Source: Sphagnum compactum
Taxonomy: Eukaryota
Assembly (NCBI GenBank): GCA_965153455.1
Contig: OZ234494.1
Coordinates: forward strand, 434,001-498,000
DNA length: 64,000 nucleotides
Direction: 5' to 3'
Of this stretch, positions 39,973 to 54,174 are shown piece by piece (the first letter of the stretch is position 1; every line of letters begins with the position of its first letter). The translations under genes were made by a program, and so were the position numbers. The notes under the pieces were generated by a model, which worked only from the letters and a program-made list of their open reading frames with translations, was not told the DNA's origin and made no database searches.

Positions 39973-42900
39973 ATGGAGGGAGATAGAGCTTTTATGTCCC
40001 GGAAGCATTTGCGCTCATACCGGCGGCGTTCTCCCTCAACGTCTCCCTCCACTGGTAAGAAACAACGCCCTGTACTCTTTTCTTTGTTCGCGACTGTGAC
40101 TTTTTTTTCCCCTTCTTCTTCTTCTTCTTCTTCTTCTTCTTGGAGGTTTGTTCTTTTTTTCCTTATTTTCCCTCCCATTTTTTTTCCTTTTTTTGTCTGC
40201 ACCCTCTTCCCTCAATAGGTAGAGAAGAGAGAAGAATCAAGCAGTTTATGTGTGGGCGATTTTTCCAAATTTTTTTGAGACTTGTCCTAAATTTTGCCAT
40301 GGTTGCCTCAGGGTCTTAGAATGAGGTGCAAATCATGTGGTTTTTGGAACTTGAGTTTGGTTTTTTTTCTTCATTTTTGGTTTGTCACTGGGTTTTTTTT
40401 TTTTTTTTTTTTTTGGTTTGGGAATGATGAGCGTGAGCTACAAGGATTTGTATCTTCTGGTTTGTTTGACATTGATGTCCAGGATGGTGTGCTCCTGCCT
40501 TGTTACCAGCTGCCATATTCAGTGGTGTTAGGTCTTTGGTCCCAGTCTCTGCAAGATTGTTTGTTGGAAGGAGTGACTTTTTGAGTGTCAGGTTGGGGGT
40601 TTATATCTTTCCAATTGCACCAAGCAGTAGGGTTTTAGGGTAAGGAGAGGGATATGTGTTTGTTTACTGGGGTTATCACCAGCCAATAGAGATTTCTTGC
40701 TTCTTTTGAGAGATATTTGTTGTTGCAAAGTTGTGGCTTTGTTGCTGAAGCATGTACTGCATCCAGGACATATTTTCCACACCAGCAGCTGGAAGAAAAA
40801 TCTGCTACAAGTATGTGGGATGATGTTAAGCTGTGGGTGATGGGAACTTGAGGTTTGCATTAGAGGTAGTTCTAGGCAAGCATTACAGTGTCTGGTGTCT
40901 GATGCTATTTTTGCTCCAGTGTTTGTGGTGGCAGTTATTAGGTTATCCATTAGGAAGAGGAGCTACTTCCAAAGTCCGAAATTCAACAGCGCTCCAAGGA
41001 TGTTGCCAATCTCCTCACGTATTCTTGATTGTGCACTTAATTGTTCTGCCTGTTGCAGGTGGTGGGAATCGCCATCGAAGCCATTCGCCCTCACCAGTTC
41101 CCAGAGAGGTGACCTCAAAGGGCTTAGACCAAGTGAAGAAGGGCAGGAACATGGATTCTGAAAGAATGGGTCATCGAGAAGGAGATTATCAAAGAAGGAG
41201 AGTTGAAGATGGGGCAGTGGAAAGACCAACTGCATCACACTCCCGGTCGCTCCACTCTGATCATGATCAAAGCCGGAGACCATTGGCTGGAACAAGTGAT
41301 TACTGTGAGCAGGGCCAGCCCAATCGAGACACCCATCCTCATTCACATCACGAGCACTTAAGGTCAGATTCTGATCGATTGGGTCGTTATGATCGACCTG
41401 AGCAATATGGTGGTGGATATAGAGAAAAGGATGTTAACAGAGGTGTTCAAATGTTGAAGGTGAAGGAAAGGGACACAGAGAGGGAGAAAGGCAGGGACAG
41501 AGACAGAGTGAGGGGTAGTGATGATGATTATCTGAGGAGTAAAGATCAGGAGAGAGAGCCGAAACGAAGCAGGGAAAGTGATGATCGTAAGCGAGTTGAT
41601 TGTTCCAGAGATGCAGGGGAATGGATAGATGCAGACAGGCCAAGAGAATGGCAAGAGATACGAAGACGAGACCTGCATAGAGAGAGAGACATGGTCAAGG
41701 ATCAAAGTCGAGAAAGAATTGTGGACAGAGACCGTGCATGGCCTCGGATTAGGAGGGATGAGGAACCCACAGTCAAAGATCAGAGCCGTCACAGAAATTT
41801 GGACAAAGAGCATTCTTGGTCAAGGGACAACAGAGACGAGGAGGGTGCTGAGCTAAGAAAGCGGAACTGCCGTGACATTGGAGGAGAAGGTACTGCTGCC
41901 AGTGCAGGTACATCTGTTTTGCATCGTGATACAAATGGAGGGAAAGGTGAGAGAGTTGAGTGGGATGGAGGTGAGAATGATAGTAGAAGGGACACAAGTG
42001 AGATACATAAAGTTGTGAGGGGGAAAGGGGAGAGGGACAGAAGAGAAAGGGAGAAAGGAGTAACTGGATGGGACCAGATACTGATGCAGGACACCACCGG
42101 CACAGATGAAGGGGCTACAAGGTGTTCAATTGACAAAACTGTCCAACATGAGGTTGCCACACCTATTGACTCATCTGTTGATCCAAAGCCAGAGTTGAAG
42201 GACAAGGCAGAGGAGACTGATGGTAGCAAAGGAGCTCGTCATAGTATCGGTGCCTTTCAGCCAACTGTACCAGATTCAGGCCAAGGACAAGAAAAGCAAG
42301 TGCCATCTTCTTCTGTTGTGAAGCCTGTGAAGATTTCAAAGTGGGGCCCTCCACCTTCTTCAGAAGATGCCATGACTGCAGAACTTGCAAATGATCTTAA
42401 TGCTGCAAAAGTTGCAGCTTTGAGAGCAGCAGAGCTAGGTGAGTACTCTGGATTCTGAAACATTGAGTAATATAGATAACTTGTTCATCAGCCAGTTCTG
42501 CACCTCCTGAATGTATATCTTGCTAATGTTTGTGATTTGGCTAGGGATTGTACATCGTCTTGCATTTGGTGAGTCTTTTGACCATAGAGACAGCTTGGGA
42601 GGCTGTTTCTTTTTTCCATGAACTGTTTGTTTTATGACTAATGATTTTGCCTTAGCATCAATGTGTCTTCACTGTAATGATGGACCTCATGATGGCATTC
42701 ATGAATTCATCATATGGCAAACATGCAGTTGTGGTTTTGAAGTGTTTTCATGCATTCTGACTGACCTCAGGCAGTTGTATTTTGCAGTTAACAAGAATAT
42801 GGGAATAGCTGGATTCTTCTCCTCAGAATATAAGAAGAAGCTTCTGTGGGGTAGCAAGAAAGCAGCAGTGGAGCAGGTAGACCTACTAGTTTTGAGTTCA

Positions 42901-43925
42901 TGCATAGAGATTTCCCCAATTCTTTGTTATAGCACAGAATATGGGTAATTGGCAGATTGATTTTGGTGGGCTCAAAGGACATTGGTACTGTGTTTACTGG
43001 TGTCTTTTATGTTTATATGATGGTTTGCCTAGAATATTGGGTAGTTATCATATATTACCTAAAACCACCATTTGGAGCTGATGAAGTCAGTGGGGAATCA
43101 TGGTGGCTTGTCACTGATATTCATGATGAAGGTAATGGTCAGATGCTTTGTGAGTGACCGCTCATAAGTTATGACCCTGCGCATGCTTGTGTTACCTTCA
43201 AAGTACTGTTGTGGGATTTCCTCTGCATTCTCATAGATTTGGTTCACTGGTGTGTCACACTGAGCTGCAGGAACCAGTTGTGGCAGCAGCTGGAACAAAT
43301 CGATGGGACACAGTGCATTTCTCAGACCCTGAGCGGCAAGACAAATTTCAAAAGCTCATGGTACTCCCTTGACACTCCCTCAGTCCACCTTTTCTCCATA
43401 ACGGGGACCCTCTTAAGCAGAGTAGATGACTGTCATTGATCCCTCTGTTACAATGTATGTTCCAATCTCACCTTCGATTATGAGTCTGGAGATTTCTTTA
43501 TACTATGAGGGTTATTGCTGTTACCTCTTAATGTTCCAAGTGTGTTATACAGGTTATAGTATATTAATCTGTTAAGAGAGGAGATTTTTTTGGTTTGAGA
43601 AACTGTAATGGTAGAATTAACCATCCCTGGTATGAAGAACAATGCACTTGAACAGGCAGAGAGGGTTACTGCAGGGCAGTGGAATGAATGTAGCTGACTT
43701 TACTGCCATCATTTGAGTGCTGACATGTCCTCAGAGTCTGAGTGTCCTATCTGCCCCTTGCAGGGTGTAAAGGGTGACATCAAAGATGCTGAAGTTCCAC
43801 CACCACCTGTGGGAGCAGCTGTATTCACTGAAGAGAAACAGAGAGAGCTTCAAGAAGACTTGGAAAGGCAGTTCACTCAGGGGCTGCGAAGGCGAGATGG
43901 TCGCACAGTTGGCTTAGGCTTGTAG
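39973..43925 (+). CDS. Arginine/serine-rich coiled-coil protein 2-like (RSRC2-like), C-terminal SMAP domain; exons 39973-40054, 41059-42438, 42788-42876, 43271-43360, 43764-43925 (600 aa)
   Basis: RS/RD/RE-rich N-terminal and middle region, then DLNAAKVAALRAAELVNKN, KKKLLWGSKK, NRWDTVHFSDPERQDKFQKLMGVKG and LQEDLERQFTQGLRRRDGRTVGLGL, which are hallmark motifs of plant RSRC2/SMAP proteins. GT-AG phases are consistent. Confidence 0.9.
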
Positions 43926-46280
43926 TGAGAGGCACAAAGTACTTTCAATTTGGAATTGCAGCTCAAGCCTTGAAGAGCTGCTCTTATATTGTGGCATCTG
44001 TCTTCTCTGCGCATGCAGCTTCTAGAACTCATTTTTACAATGCTAGGGAAAACTGGAGGACTTTGGAAGTGAAGTTTTTATCAGGTGGCATGATGTAGGG
44101 AAGGCCATATGGTTGGACTGGACTGTAAGATGCTCAAACACAGAAGCTGTGGTGAACTCTTTGTTTGTGTTTGTTTTTGTTTGTGTGCTTGTGACAGGTC
44201 CACCTTAAGACCAATATGATCCTGACTGTGGAGGCACCAGTGTAATAGGATATACAAGGTTTGGGTAGCTTGGGCTGTGTAAGCCCATACATTAGGATGA
44301 GTGAAGAGTTGGTGTCTGAATGTCCATATTTGTCCCATAATGAAAGTGCTTAGATAAGTGAGGTTCTGTCACCAGGACGTTGGTCTACACCTGAGCATCA
44401 AAATTCACACTTTCTACTCAGTTTTGGAAAGTTTGATTACTTGTTGAGCTTTGGTTATTTCTGTTCCGTGTCTAGTTCATCATGGTTGTTCCTCTGTGTA
44501 TGGTAGGTTGTTATGGTATTCGGACACACCCTTCTGAATGTTTTGTACCCTTAACATTTTTTGGGAGCTATATGATCTGCAGTATATAAGAAGTGCATTG
44601 ACCTCATGGCCTTTGCCTACTGAGACTTACCCTATGTTCCAAACAGAGGGTACCTGATTGACATGGCAGAAGGGTAATATTCTTCTTCTGTTCATACTGC
44701 TACATCTTCCAGCAATTTCACCCTTTCTGTTTTCAATTTTACCAATGTTTTGAAAGAGTTATGTTGTGGGATCTGTGTGTAAAGATTCATCTTTGTCTAA
44801 GAGTATTTTCTCTTGCATATATCACTTCTCTTTTGCTGAAGTACAATTACATATGTTTTGAGATTTTGTTGCAAGGCATTGACTCCTGTTTGCTTTTCTG
44901 GGGAGTTTTCCATGACTTGATCATGTTGTGTGTTGTGTGTGTTATGTCTGCGATATAGCATGGATAATCATATCATGCAGTGATTAGGTGTGGGCATGTA
45001 GGTCCTATGTTCATGTAGAAGACTACGTGGGGACTGGCTGAGTTGGGTTGGAGGAATAATAGACTAATATGCTAGAGGTGGTGTCATAGTAGACAATTTT
45101 CCCCGAATCCATGAGGTTTCATGTATAACTTTGTAAATTCAAAAAAGTTATTTACAATTTCTAGTAATTAAACTTCATTTTCGTTTGTACTTGAGAAAGA
45201 AGGAAAAATATATTTTGTTGATTTATAAATCCCAATCTCATTTGAAGTTTCCTCCTTGGTTTGTAGACCTAATTGAATAACAAATCAATGTAGAAAGACA
45301 AATGTTTTAATTTGTGGTTTTCCCTGTGTTTCTTTGTCTGTCATATAGACAGTGTTTATGTAACATTGTAGACTTCATGTAGAAGAAACACATCAATGTC
45401 TAGACGTGCCTACTTGTGATCAATAGGGAATCCCTAATCCTGCAGCATCCTAGCCATGATGATTTTATGTTATTTAGTTATATGAAGTCATATTTATCCA
45501 AGAGCTACCCGGGCAGAGGAATACATCTTATTCAATTAGCAATTGACCATATATATATATTACAAGTTGGCATACTAAAATCTTGATGCTAGCTGAAGTT
45601 GCTAGCATGATGGAGAGCCCTGACCTTATGCTCCAGGTAGCACCTATCCTTTAGTAGCTATGTCTAGGATCGTAGGCTGTAGAAGTTAGGGCCTTTGGTA
45701 GGCATCAAGAGGTTATTCTTCCCAACTTAAGACCTGTGCTTAATTTCAGAACTCTGCCATACTTTACTTAATAAACTCCACTTGAACATTGAATCTTTGC
45801 ATAATTATAGAATTAGTAATTGTCCTTTTACCAAGGCTCCGGATTAAGTTGCCAATCCAAGACTTGGGATGAAGAACTGCTAATTGTGAATATATTGGAC
45901 ATTTACCTCATCAAAATTATTGATTTGCCTCATTGAATGCTCAAAGATCAACAATGAAGCTGAGCTATTCCCAAATCTATATTGCACATGTACTTGATTT
46001 GATGATCTAGCTCTGTCCTTCAAGCCCTGGATCCCATCTTTTGGGTCACACATGGTGCATGTTAAGTTCATAAATTGCATTTCCAACAATACACTCTTCA
46101 TGTAATATGACTTGCTTACTTACGTGGAAAATTCAAACCAACAACAGATTGAAATAGGACATTATGTACTATGAAATGGTGTCCAGAATTACTTACAGTC
46201 ATTGCAGACCTAACTTGGTGGAATTACTTACACATTGCAGAGGGTCCTATCCTTGCTTCATCACTCCAGCATCTTGGTTG

Positions 46281-47572
46281 TCAAGAGAGTGGTGCCCTTT
46301 GTGGTGCCAGTATGGTCCTCCTGTTCAAGCCGCGTTGTAGTCTCCTCTTGCTTGATCTTCCAGTTGATCTGTAGGCATTTAGATCCTGGCCATGAAGACA
46401 AACTTCCTCTGTGGGTCCTACAGCATTAGATCTAGCACCATCACTAGTAGTATGATTAGGGTCAGCTAAAGCTTCTTGTGACTGCTTGGTTGAGTGCTGC
46501 ACTGTGTTAACGTTGGCCCCAGTAACTGCAGCCAGAGGTACTGCATTGATTCGATCTGCCTGCATGTTGAATAGCTGTTCTGCGAATTTGCAGCCTAGAG
46601 AACAGAAGATGCTGCTGCTGCTGCTGGAGAAGCCGCCACTAGTAGCTTCTTTCAAGAGTTTGGTGCATTTTGCGCAGCTAGGAGTCGCATGAGCTGAGAC
46701 AGGTAGTTGTAAGCTGCTGCTGGTGCAGGAGGCGTTGCGGATCATATTCGACTTGGGGTTGGGACAATTGATTTTAGAATTTGGACCGGTAATGAATACC
46801 ACGGTCTTTTGGTTGATGGAATATCTCTGGATGCTTTGCAGATCCACTAGTAAATTTCCGATCTCTTCTTCCAGGACACTAGGTCGGTTTGAAGTTCGAT
46901 ACACTTGCAGCTTGTTGTGCCCGTGATGTTGTTTGCCCTCTTCCACGAACAGGTTCAGCGGATGCGGTCCGGTGTTGCATGACGTGTAGAAGAATGTCTT
47001 ATGTCCACGCGCCGAAGACGCTGGATTTGCAATACATATACTTAGAAATAGATCAATGACCTTGAAACTCATGCATGCAGCTGACAATTCATGTGATGTG
47101 GAGACCTTGTAACCTAGTGCTAAATTGCTTGCTAGTTCCAGAGTATATTACGTTGAACAATGATCCAAATTAGATAAATACTGCATCTGTGAAGTTCTCA
47201 ACATGACTAAAGCTAGTAGCTTCAGCACTTGCCGCAAATTATGACTCAATTGTCTACAGAAGCAGATTAGACCAAGAACTGCATGTTTGTGAAAGATTAG
47301 TCATGACCTGAGAGTCCAGTGGAGAAGCTGTTGTGGACAAACGAATGTAATGAAGAACATGGAATTACTAAAGACATCAGGAGATTCCAAGAATACAATG
47401 ATAAAGTTAGTAACAAGTTCTGTGGCGCCGGTAGAAAACCTCAGAAAAGTATCTTGCACGTCCTAGAGTCCCAAGAGCTGTAACTAGCTAGAGATGGTGC
47501 CCAATTACCTGGGAAGTTCGTAGTGATGAGCGCTAACAGCATATCGGCCTGGGCGTGAGAGCTCATTGCCAT
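46281..47572 (-). CDS. Divergent PLATZ zinc-dependent DNA-binding protein; exons 47572-47509 and 47080-46281 (~287 aa)
   Basis: HHGHNKLQVYRTS..EIGNLLVDLQSIQRYSINQKTVVFI..CAKCTKLL..FCSLGCK and a C-terminal RR..APQRAP match the PLATZ consensus (HxxHxxIQIRRSS, QTYIINSARVVFL, CxxC, FCSLGCK, RRKGIPHRAP). The phase-1 intron is consistent. The first exon is less certain. Confidence 0.8.
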
Positions 47573-47786
47573 CGCTGTTGCAAAGGTCGACTCAACGCGA
47601 AACCCCGTAAATTAGGAACGCGGAATACAAGCTTTCTGAATGGCTGAAATTCGCAAGAACAATCCAACAAGCTATTAAACGGATTTATCAGTGCACACAA
47701 ATCGAATGAGGAGCAGAAGAAATTCCTGAACACGAAGGGAAGTATGGCATTTCTGTATGAATTGCATACAATGACTATATGATGGG

Positions 47787-47794
47787 TTTATATA
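47787..47794 (-). promoter_or_regulatory. Candidate TATA box of the PLATZ gene
   Basis: CTCTATATAAACC on the minus strand, ~215 bp upstream of the proposed ATG. Confidence 0.55.
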
Positions 47795-48417
47795 GAGCTG
47801 CCAGCACACAGATTGTATTCGGAGCTTGTAAGTAGTTGCCCGCAGCCGCCAACGTCATCAATTCGATCCTCCCGTCTCGTGTACATCGACTACTACTCGA
47901 GCGAGTGAGTTCCCCATGCTGGCCTCAGATGCTGGCCACACAAGGATGTCCATTGACGTGCGTGGTTGGCTCTCGCTAGTTGGACTCCGGATCCTTGAAA
48001 CATGATCCTGTTTAGCAAGTACTGGTGATTGTATGCCCGGGTAATTCGAGCAGGTTCAGAAATATGAGGAGATGATTGGTAAGTATGGATTTCTCCTAAT
48101 TAGAATCTTAAAATTGCAAAGCTCTTGAAGACAGACGGCGGAATTATCGAAAGAGTCGCAACAAGTTGCAGTCCTGGATCAGCACTGATCTTGAGTCGAC
48201 TTTGCCGGAATTAGAACTAGGGCTTAGTACACGCGGATCGTATAGCTTCGAGTGTCCCTTGGTTGACATTCATGTTCAGAGTTGATATGTTCAGGAAGGT
48301 GCACTAAGATAGGCAAGAGAAATTCGCCAGCTTGCAGGTTTGTCGAGAGCTACTGGACATGCGTCATGACGTCGAAGCTCTGCCGAAGCTCTTCTGCACT
48401 ACGCCAGGCATGAGCAG

Positions 48418-48438
48418 AAGGGTTTAGGGTTTAGGGTT
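48418..48438 (+). repeat. Short interstitial plant telomere repeat (TTTAGGG); similar short runs at ~1092-1111 and ~7398-7414 in the opposite orientation
   Basis: agggtttagggtttagggtt at the boundary between a GC-richer and an AT-rich segment. Confidence 0.7.
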
Positions 48439-49899
48439 GAACCCTTTACTCTTAACAATTGGTAGAATACAAAACCCATCACAAAATTGTTATATATTCA
48501 AATTTTTTAATTGAATGATAGATAACAAGGTACTTCTTCATTTTGATGTATTAATTTTTTAATTTTGCATTATAAAAAAGTAGGTTTCAAGTAGATTTTT
48601 TCTAAATGCAAGTAGCTTTTAAAACTTATTTTTTACAATGTAATTACATTTGATTCAAATATGTGTCAAGTATATTCTACCAAAGAAAAAATAGATTTGT
48701 TTTTTGGTGAGGCCTTTCAATATACAATGATCTTTATGCTATAATCTCATAAATGTATATCTCATCAAAAATTTTAATGAAAAACTAGGTTTGAACACTA
48801 TATTGACTAGTCAATTTCAAACCTCCTTATTCCTTATTTTTCTTATTCTAAAGTTTTGAAATTTTGTAGTTGATTTACAATAAACCCAATTGAGGGTTCA
48901 ATAGTTTCAAAATGAAATTTTAAGTAAAATTTGAATCTATTTTCTTGTGTTTTCATGAAAAGTTATCTCTTTTTAACTTGATATTATTTTGACAACTTTT
49001 TTCATATACTTTACCATGCTTTCACTTAATGGCACAATTTGTTTTTCTATTGCAAATTTTTTAAATATTCAAAAATGATTTAAAAAATTATAATAATTTA
49101 TTTTTCTTAAACAAAGGTCTATGTCCAAAGGGCTTAGTGTCTTTTTTGAATTCTTAGAACTTATTATATATAGAAATTTTAATAATAAATATTTAATAAT
49201 AAAGATTATAAAATGTTTTATAATTCAATAAAGGTTAGGGTTTACATGGAAATTAAGATTTGGAGAGGTTAGGGTTTGGGTGCCTTGTTATCAAGTCAAT
49301 GATTCAAGTTCTTCCTCTTTTTCCACGATTTATTCATGAATAAATGAATGTCCACTTATTAATCAATAAGAACACTAGAATGTTGTTTTTGGTGGCACTA
49401 TGTAATTAGTCAACTTTGATGACATTGCTGAGGTTTCGAGCATATCCCAAGTGGGGGACCATTTTAAAAAGTTGCTACTTATCTTATAGGGGCTATTTTA
49501 GTGAGTTGTTTAAAGAACCCTAGTGCATTTCGACCTAATAGGCCACTACCCTAATAGGAGCCCGCTAGTCATTATCCCAATGATGAAGGACCTCTATAAG
49601 AAGGGGAACTTAAAAGGGTGGCAGTAGATGTGACCTATTGCAATACCTAGGGGCCTAGCCCATAAGCTACCTCCCATTTCCCCAACCTTGACCAAGAGGA
49701 ATCCTTTTTAGGGTCACATGGGGTAAAAATGTTAAACTACTAGTTATACTCACTTACCTCCCCTTTTACCCCCTAGGTTTTACCAAGCACACTTCCAAGA
49801 AAGACGACCCCTCTCGGGAACATCACACGAACCCCACCCCCCATTGTTGTGAGCTTGTTGCATACCCACATGAAAGGGAATAGGAGTTGATTTAGGAAA

Positions 49900-52800
49900 G
49901 AGGGGGGGGTTTTAGGGTTTGGAACAACTTGTTGGGGGGAGTGTTGGAGCTAGGTGTAAACACGAAAGGGTTTTCTTTTTGTTGTTGTTCAAGTTAGTGC
50001 AAGGAGGAGCTCTGGGAGCAAGCAAGCTTGCCCTAACTTGGGAGTTTTGTGCCAAGAAGGAGGATGGGGAGGGAATCTTGCTTCAACTTAAGGGAGGTGG
50101 GTGTAGCACTTGAGCTCAATGCCATGCCTTGTAGGTTCTGCCCCCCTTAAAGATCCCAACAACCCTTTTAGGGCTTCCACCATTGCCGAGAGGCTTGGAA
50201 CTTTGTAATTCCCTTGGAGGCATGACCTCCAAGGGAAGTTGTGAACTTGCTGCACCCCCCGATGACATTGTTAGAGGTGTTCGTGACGACCAAGGTTCTC
50301 ACAACCCTAGCAACATTGCCGGGGTCTTTGCCCTTGGCATTACACATGGAGTTCAACAACTTTGGGCAAAGTAGGCACAAGGGGGGGGTGTAGGATTGCC
50401 ACAACTTTTGGTGACAGCACCAAAGGCATCAATATTAAACAGAGACCTGAAGTTGTAAAGCTCTGGGTGTGTGTGTGAGCTTGACACAAGCTAAGGGGCA
50501 ACGAATACTTAATAGGGTGCGTTGTCTCACCCAACCTTCGTCTTGAGGTGTTGGATGAACCTTCGTGCTTTGAACATCTGCGTGAACCACCGCACTTTAA
50601 TTGCGTGCAAATAGGAACGAGTGATGCGAAGTTCACGTTCAAGACTTGACTAAGGAGTTTGTGGGGTGGAAACAAAGACGTGCGGGGGTTGGTAGCAAAG
50701 GGGGGGGGGTTTGGAAGCTTTGGTCCCCTAGTATTGTGAAGAAGGGCGAAGGTCAAAAGTTGCAAGGCTCGATGCTACCACTAAGTTCAATGTTGGCACC
50801 AAGTTCAGTGGTGGTTCTCAACAACCAATCGCCCTTAGCACCAAGAGCGTTTGACTTGGCTTATGAGGTCATGGCCATCAAGGGAGTGGGCTTGGAATCC
50901 ATTGCATTTCCACAAGTGATCATAGGAGACCCTGCCATTGCAAAGCTCCAGATCAACAAGGAGGAAGCCTGAGGGGGCGTCATGAGATTCTAGGCAGGTG
51001 ACAGTGAGTTGGGCAGCAGGAGGTAATGAAGAAAACTCAATAGGAGGATGAGGTAATCATTGACTCAACCCACCCCTTGGATATTGTGATTCACCGGGGT
51101 TGTTTATCTTCCTAACCTCTGCCATGAAGACCAAAGGTAAGGGCAACAAGCCCCACAAGAAGGCTTGAAGACCTTCCTCGGATTCTCAACCCCTTCATCC
51201 TAAAAAACCTTGCCTTATATCCCTGAAGGGGGTTTTCACTATTGACTAAGTTAAGGGGCATTTCTTATTTTTCAAAATGGTCCATATGGAGGAGTGGAAA
51301 ATAGCCAAGGACATCTCCTAGGTCATGTAGGTACGGTTATCATCCTTCTACAAATGGGATTAGGATGTCTATCATGAGGGGATTGCTAAAGAGTTTGTTT
51401 GCAATTGGGATGAGGAAACATCTAGTTCCAAGGTGCGGGGCCGGAGTTCACCTTGTCTTAGGAAACTTTACTATGAGTTTTTCGATTCAAGGATGGGACA
51501 TCCATAGCCTCTTGAAAAACCAACGGTATGAAGGACCTCTGTTCTCCTTCGATTACTACTCTTCCAAATCTGAATGGCTGGTCAATGAGGCTACTCTTCC
51601 TTATTAGTTACATTTCAAGGGGTTGTTTGAGGCCCTATGACTCCGGAAGACCCTCAGCCATGTGGGTACATGCAATCTAAAGTGGCCCACTTTTATGTCA
51701 TAAGTTTAAATTCTGCAAGGTGTTGTGATTGGAAGCTTCATAACTATGCACATATATACTAATTTCATCTTAGGGAATTGGATTTAAATTTTCAACTTAA
51801 TTATGTAAATGATTATGCAAATTATTTTGAATAACTCATTAAGGTAAAATTGTTATGGACTTTGTAACTTGAACTTGTGGACTTGCCAATTGGCAAATTA
51901 TTTGATATATGGACTTTGAAATGACCTAATTATTCTTAATATTTTCTATAAAGACTTAGAATATAATGAATTTTTCTTTAATGAACACAATGTTGAACAA
52001 GTTAACATCAAATTATTTGGAAAATATTAGTTATGGACTTTTAATCAACGTGAAAATGCTTGAAATTTGTAAAGTCCATATCTAACTCAACTTAAATTTT
52101 CTTAGGCTGATTTTTTTGGAGAAGCATAGAACAAGGACCTTTAGAAAGGATTTTATTTTAAAAATAAATAACATCAAAATAATATTAAGTTTGGCCATCA
52201 ATCATTGGAATTTAAAAAAAAGGTCAAAATATGAACTTTTTGGATGTTTTCTATGAGTCCATAGTGGGCCATTTTAATTTGCATCTACCAATGTTGCTTG
52301 TTATGTATTTACAAACATATTATAGGCTGAGGAAGGGGTGGATGTAGATTGGGCAAAACTTTTCAAACAACAAATGTGCTATGAGGTAACCCAATTCTAG
52401 AAGGGGTTCCGAGAGAGATTGATAACCACCTATGTTGGCCCAACTTTCACCGCCATTCGCTACAAGAGCTCATTTTGATTCCCAGGGATAAGGTGGAGAT
52501 GGGGTTAACCGAGGAACCCTCAAAACTTCCTTTTAGTGAAGATGATAGCTTACCAATGGCGGAGGAACCAGAGGAGGAAATAGGTAGCCCTAAATCGAAC
52601 AAATTGCTTATTGGAAGAACCCTGGTTCAGAAGGCCTTGGTCAGGATAGTTAAGAGGTATGTCCCGCAAGTAACTTTTTTGGATGATTTAAAACGGGGAT
52701 CCAAAGTAGCAAGGCAACTCCTTTTCTAAATAGGGGTGGCCATGGAGGTCAATACGCTATCAATAATCCCTCCTGAAGTTATAAAATTGGACCATGCAAT

Positions 52801-53350
52801 AGGAGAGGTTTGTCCTTTCAAGGATGTGAGGATAGTTTGAAAAGGGGGTGGTGTTGGGCCAAAGTTAGTTTAACCCAATTTTGATTAAGAAATTGAGGAT
52901 AACTAAGGAAGTTTTGGGGTTAACCAAAAGGTCTAAAGGGTTAGGTTAGTGCCTATGACCTTATCCTTGTAAGACTAGATGGGTGGATGGCTTAATTAGG
53001 TTAATGGAAGGAGTAGGTTAGTTGGATTAGGATAAGGTTGAATGCTTTATCCTTGTCTAGTTAGGCCAAACTTGTTAGATAAAAAGGTCCAAATGTGGGG
53101 GTGAGCTTCCTAAAAGCTTCTAGCAATTAGGGGTCTTTTTGACGAAACGTGGGAAGAGGGTTTTCCACGAAACCCTCTTGGACTTGTCAAGAAAGTGTTG
53201 GAAACTTGGGGATGCCTAACTTAGCTTGAAGCAAGGACCAGCCGCAAAAGTCGGCAAGTGATGGCCAAGGATCCAAAAGAAAGCAATTGCAAATGTTGAA
53301 AGAAATTCTAAGTGTCAATGAGGACATTGACCTTTTCTTCTAGTGGGGGA
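49900..53350 (+). mobile_element. Heavily decayed transposon/retroelement-derived coding remnant
   Basis: GC-richer tract with frames broken by stops. Fragments such as W..DVYHEGIAKEFVCNWDEETSSSKVRG and AEEGVDVDWAKLF resemble plant-transposon accessory ORFs. It ends in a purine tract AGTGGGGGAGAG. No RT, integrase or transposase motif was recognised. Confidence 0.4.
51664..52290. mobile_element. MITE-like AT-rich element (~625 bp) inserted in the decayed remnant
   Basis: Imperfect ~27-bp TIRs: GGTACATGCAATCTAAAGTGGCCCACT versus the reverse complement of the right end GGTAGATGCAAATTAAAATGGCCCACT. ATGT flanks both sides as a possible TSD. Confidence 0.7.
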
Positions 53351-53353
53351 GAG

Positions 53354-54174
53354 TGTTGCAACCCTACTTTGAAGGAGTGTGAGGATGACACTCACACTCC
53401 CGAAATGGGGACTTGAGAGTCCTCCGAGACTCCCGAAAACTCAGAGTTCGATTGCAAGGGTCAAAACACCTTGCTTTGAGGTGTTCTTAATACCGTTGGA
53501 AAGTTCTTGAAGTGTAAATGTCGAAAATGGCCTCGCATGAGCCATTCAGACATCTGCAGCACAAGTTATGGACGAAAGAAAGGCCAGGCGTCAAACTGGC
53601 AGTTTGATTCCCGACCACTAAAAGTCGAGAATCGACCCAACCCCGGTGTGTGTAGGTGGAGTGCAACACATCGTTGGAAAGCTCTTGAGAAGAGCTATAA
53701 GTTTGCTTCAGACCTCCTCTCAATCAAAGGTCTGAGCAAGGAATTATGAACTCCCAAAGTCTTGGGAGTCCAAACCGGGACAATTTCGGGACTCCTCTTC
53801 GGGAGTCCCGGGAAAAAGAGCCATTTGGATGTAGGTGCAGTGGAGTAATGCAGAGAATACTATATGGAGGAAGGTGGTGGCTTCCCCCGAGTTTGGGCCG
53901 TGGTAAGTCATGTGAGTCCAGGGTCGCCCGTGGCTTGTCCCAGCACTGAAAGTGGTTCCGAATGTGAACTAACCAACTTGTTCGTTGGTTTGATGTAGGT
54001 TCGAGTAACTAAGTAAAGCTTGTCCCTCGCCCTAGTCTAATCCTGGAGCTTCAGCACGCCCCTCTACCCCTTTTAGTGCTGGAAGCTAGGAATGTGCACC
54101 AAGTTCCAAACGATTCTGCTGTTTGACTTCTTTGGACCCAACTTGGGTCTAACAAGGAACTTGGGAGCGCGTCA
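53354..54174. mobile_element. LTR-like repeat (TG...CA), ~820 bp
   Basis: Begins TGTTGCAACCCTACTTTG and ends GGGAGCGCGTCA. It is GC-richer than its flanks, has internal GGGAGTCC/GGACTCC motifs, and is directly preceded by a polypurine tract. No clear TSD and no second copy in the window. Confidence 0.55.

Noticed and set aside
40833-41058. N-terminal hydrophobic part of the 541-aa ORF
   Set aside because: It lies in intron 1 of the RSRC2-like gene; the coding exon starts at the TTGCAG|GT acceptor at 41059.
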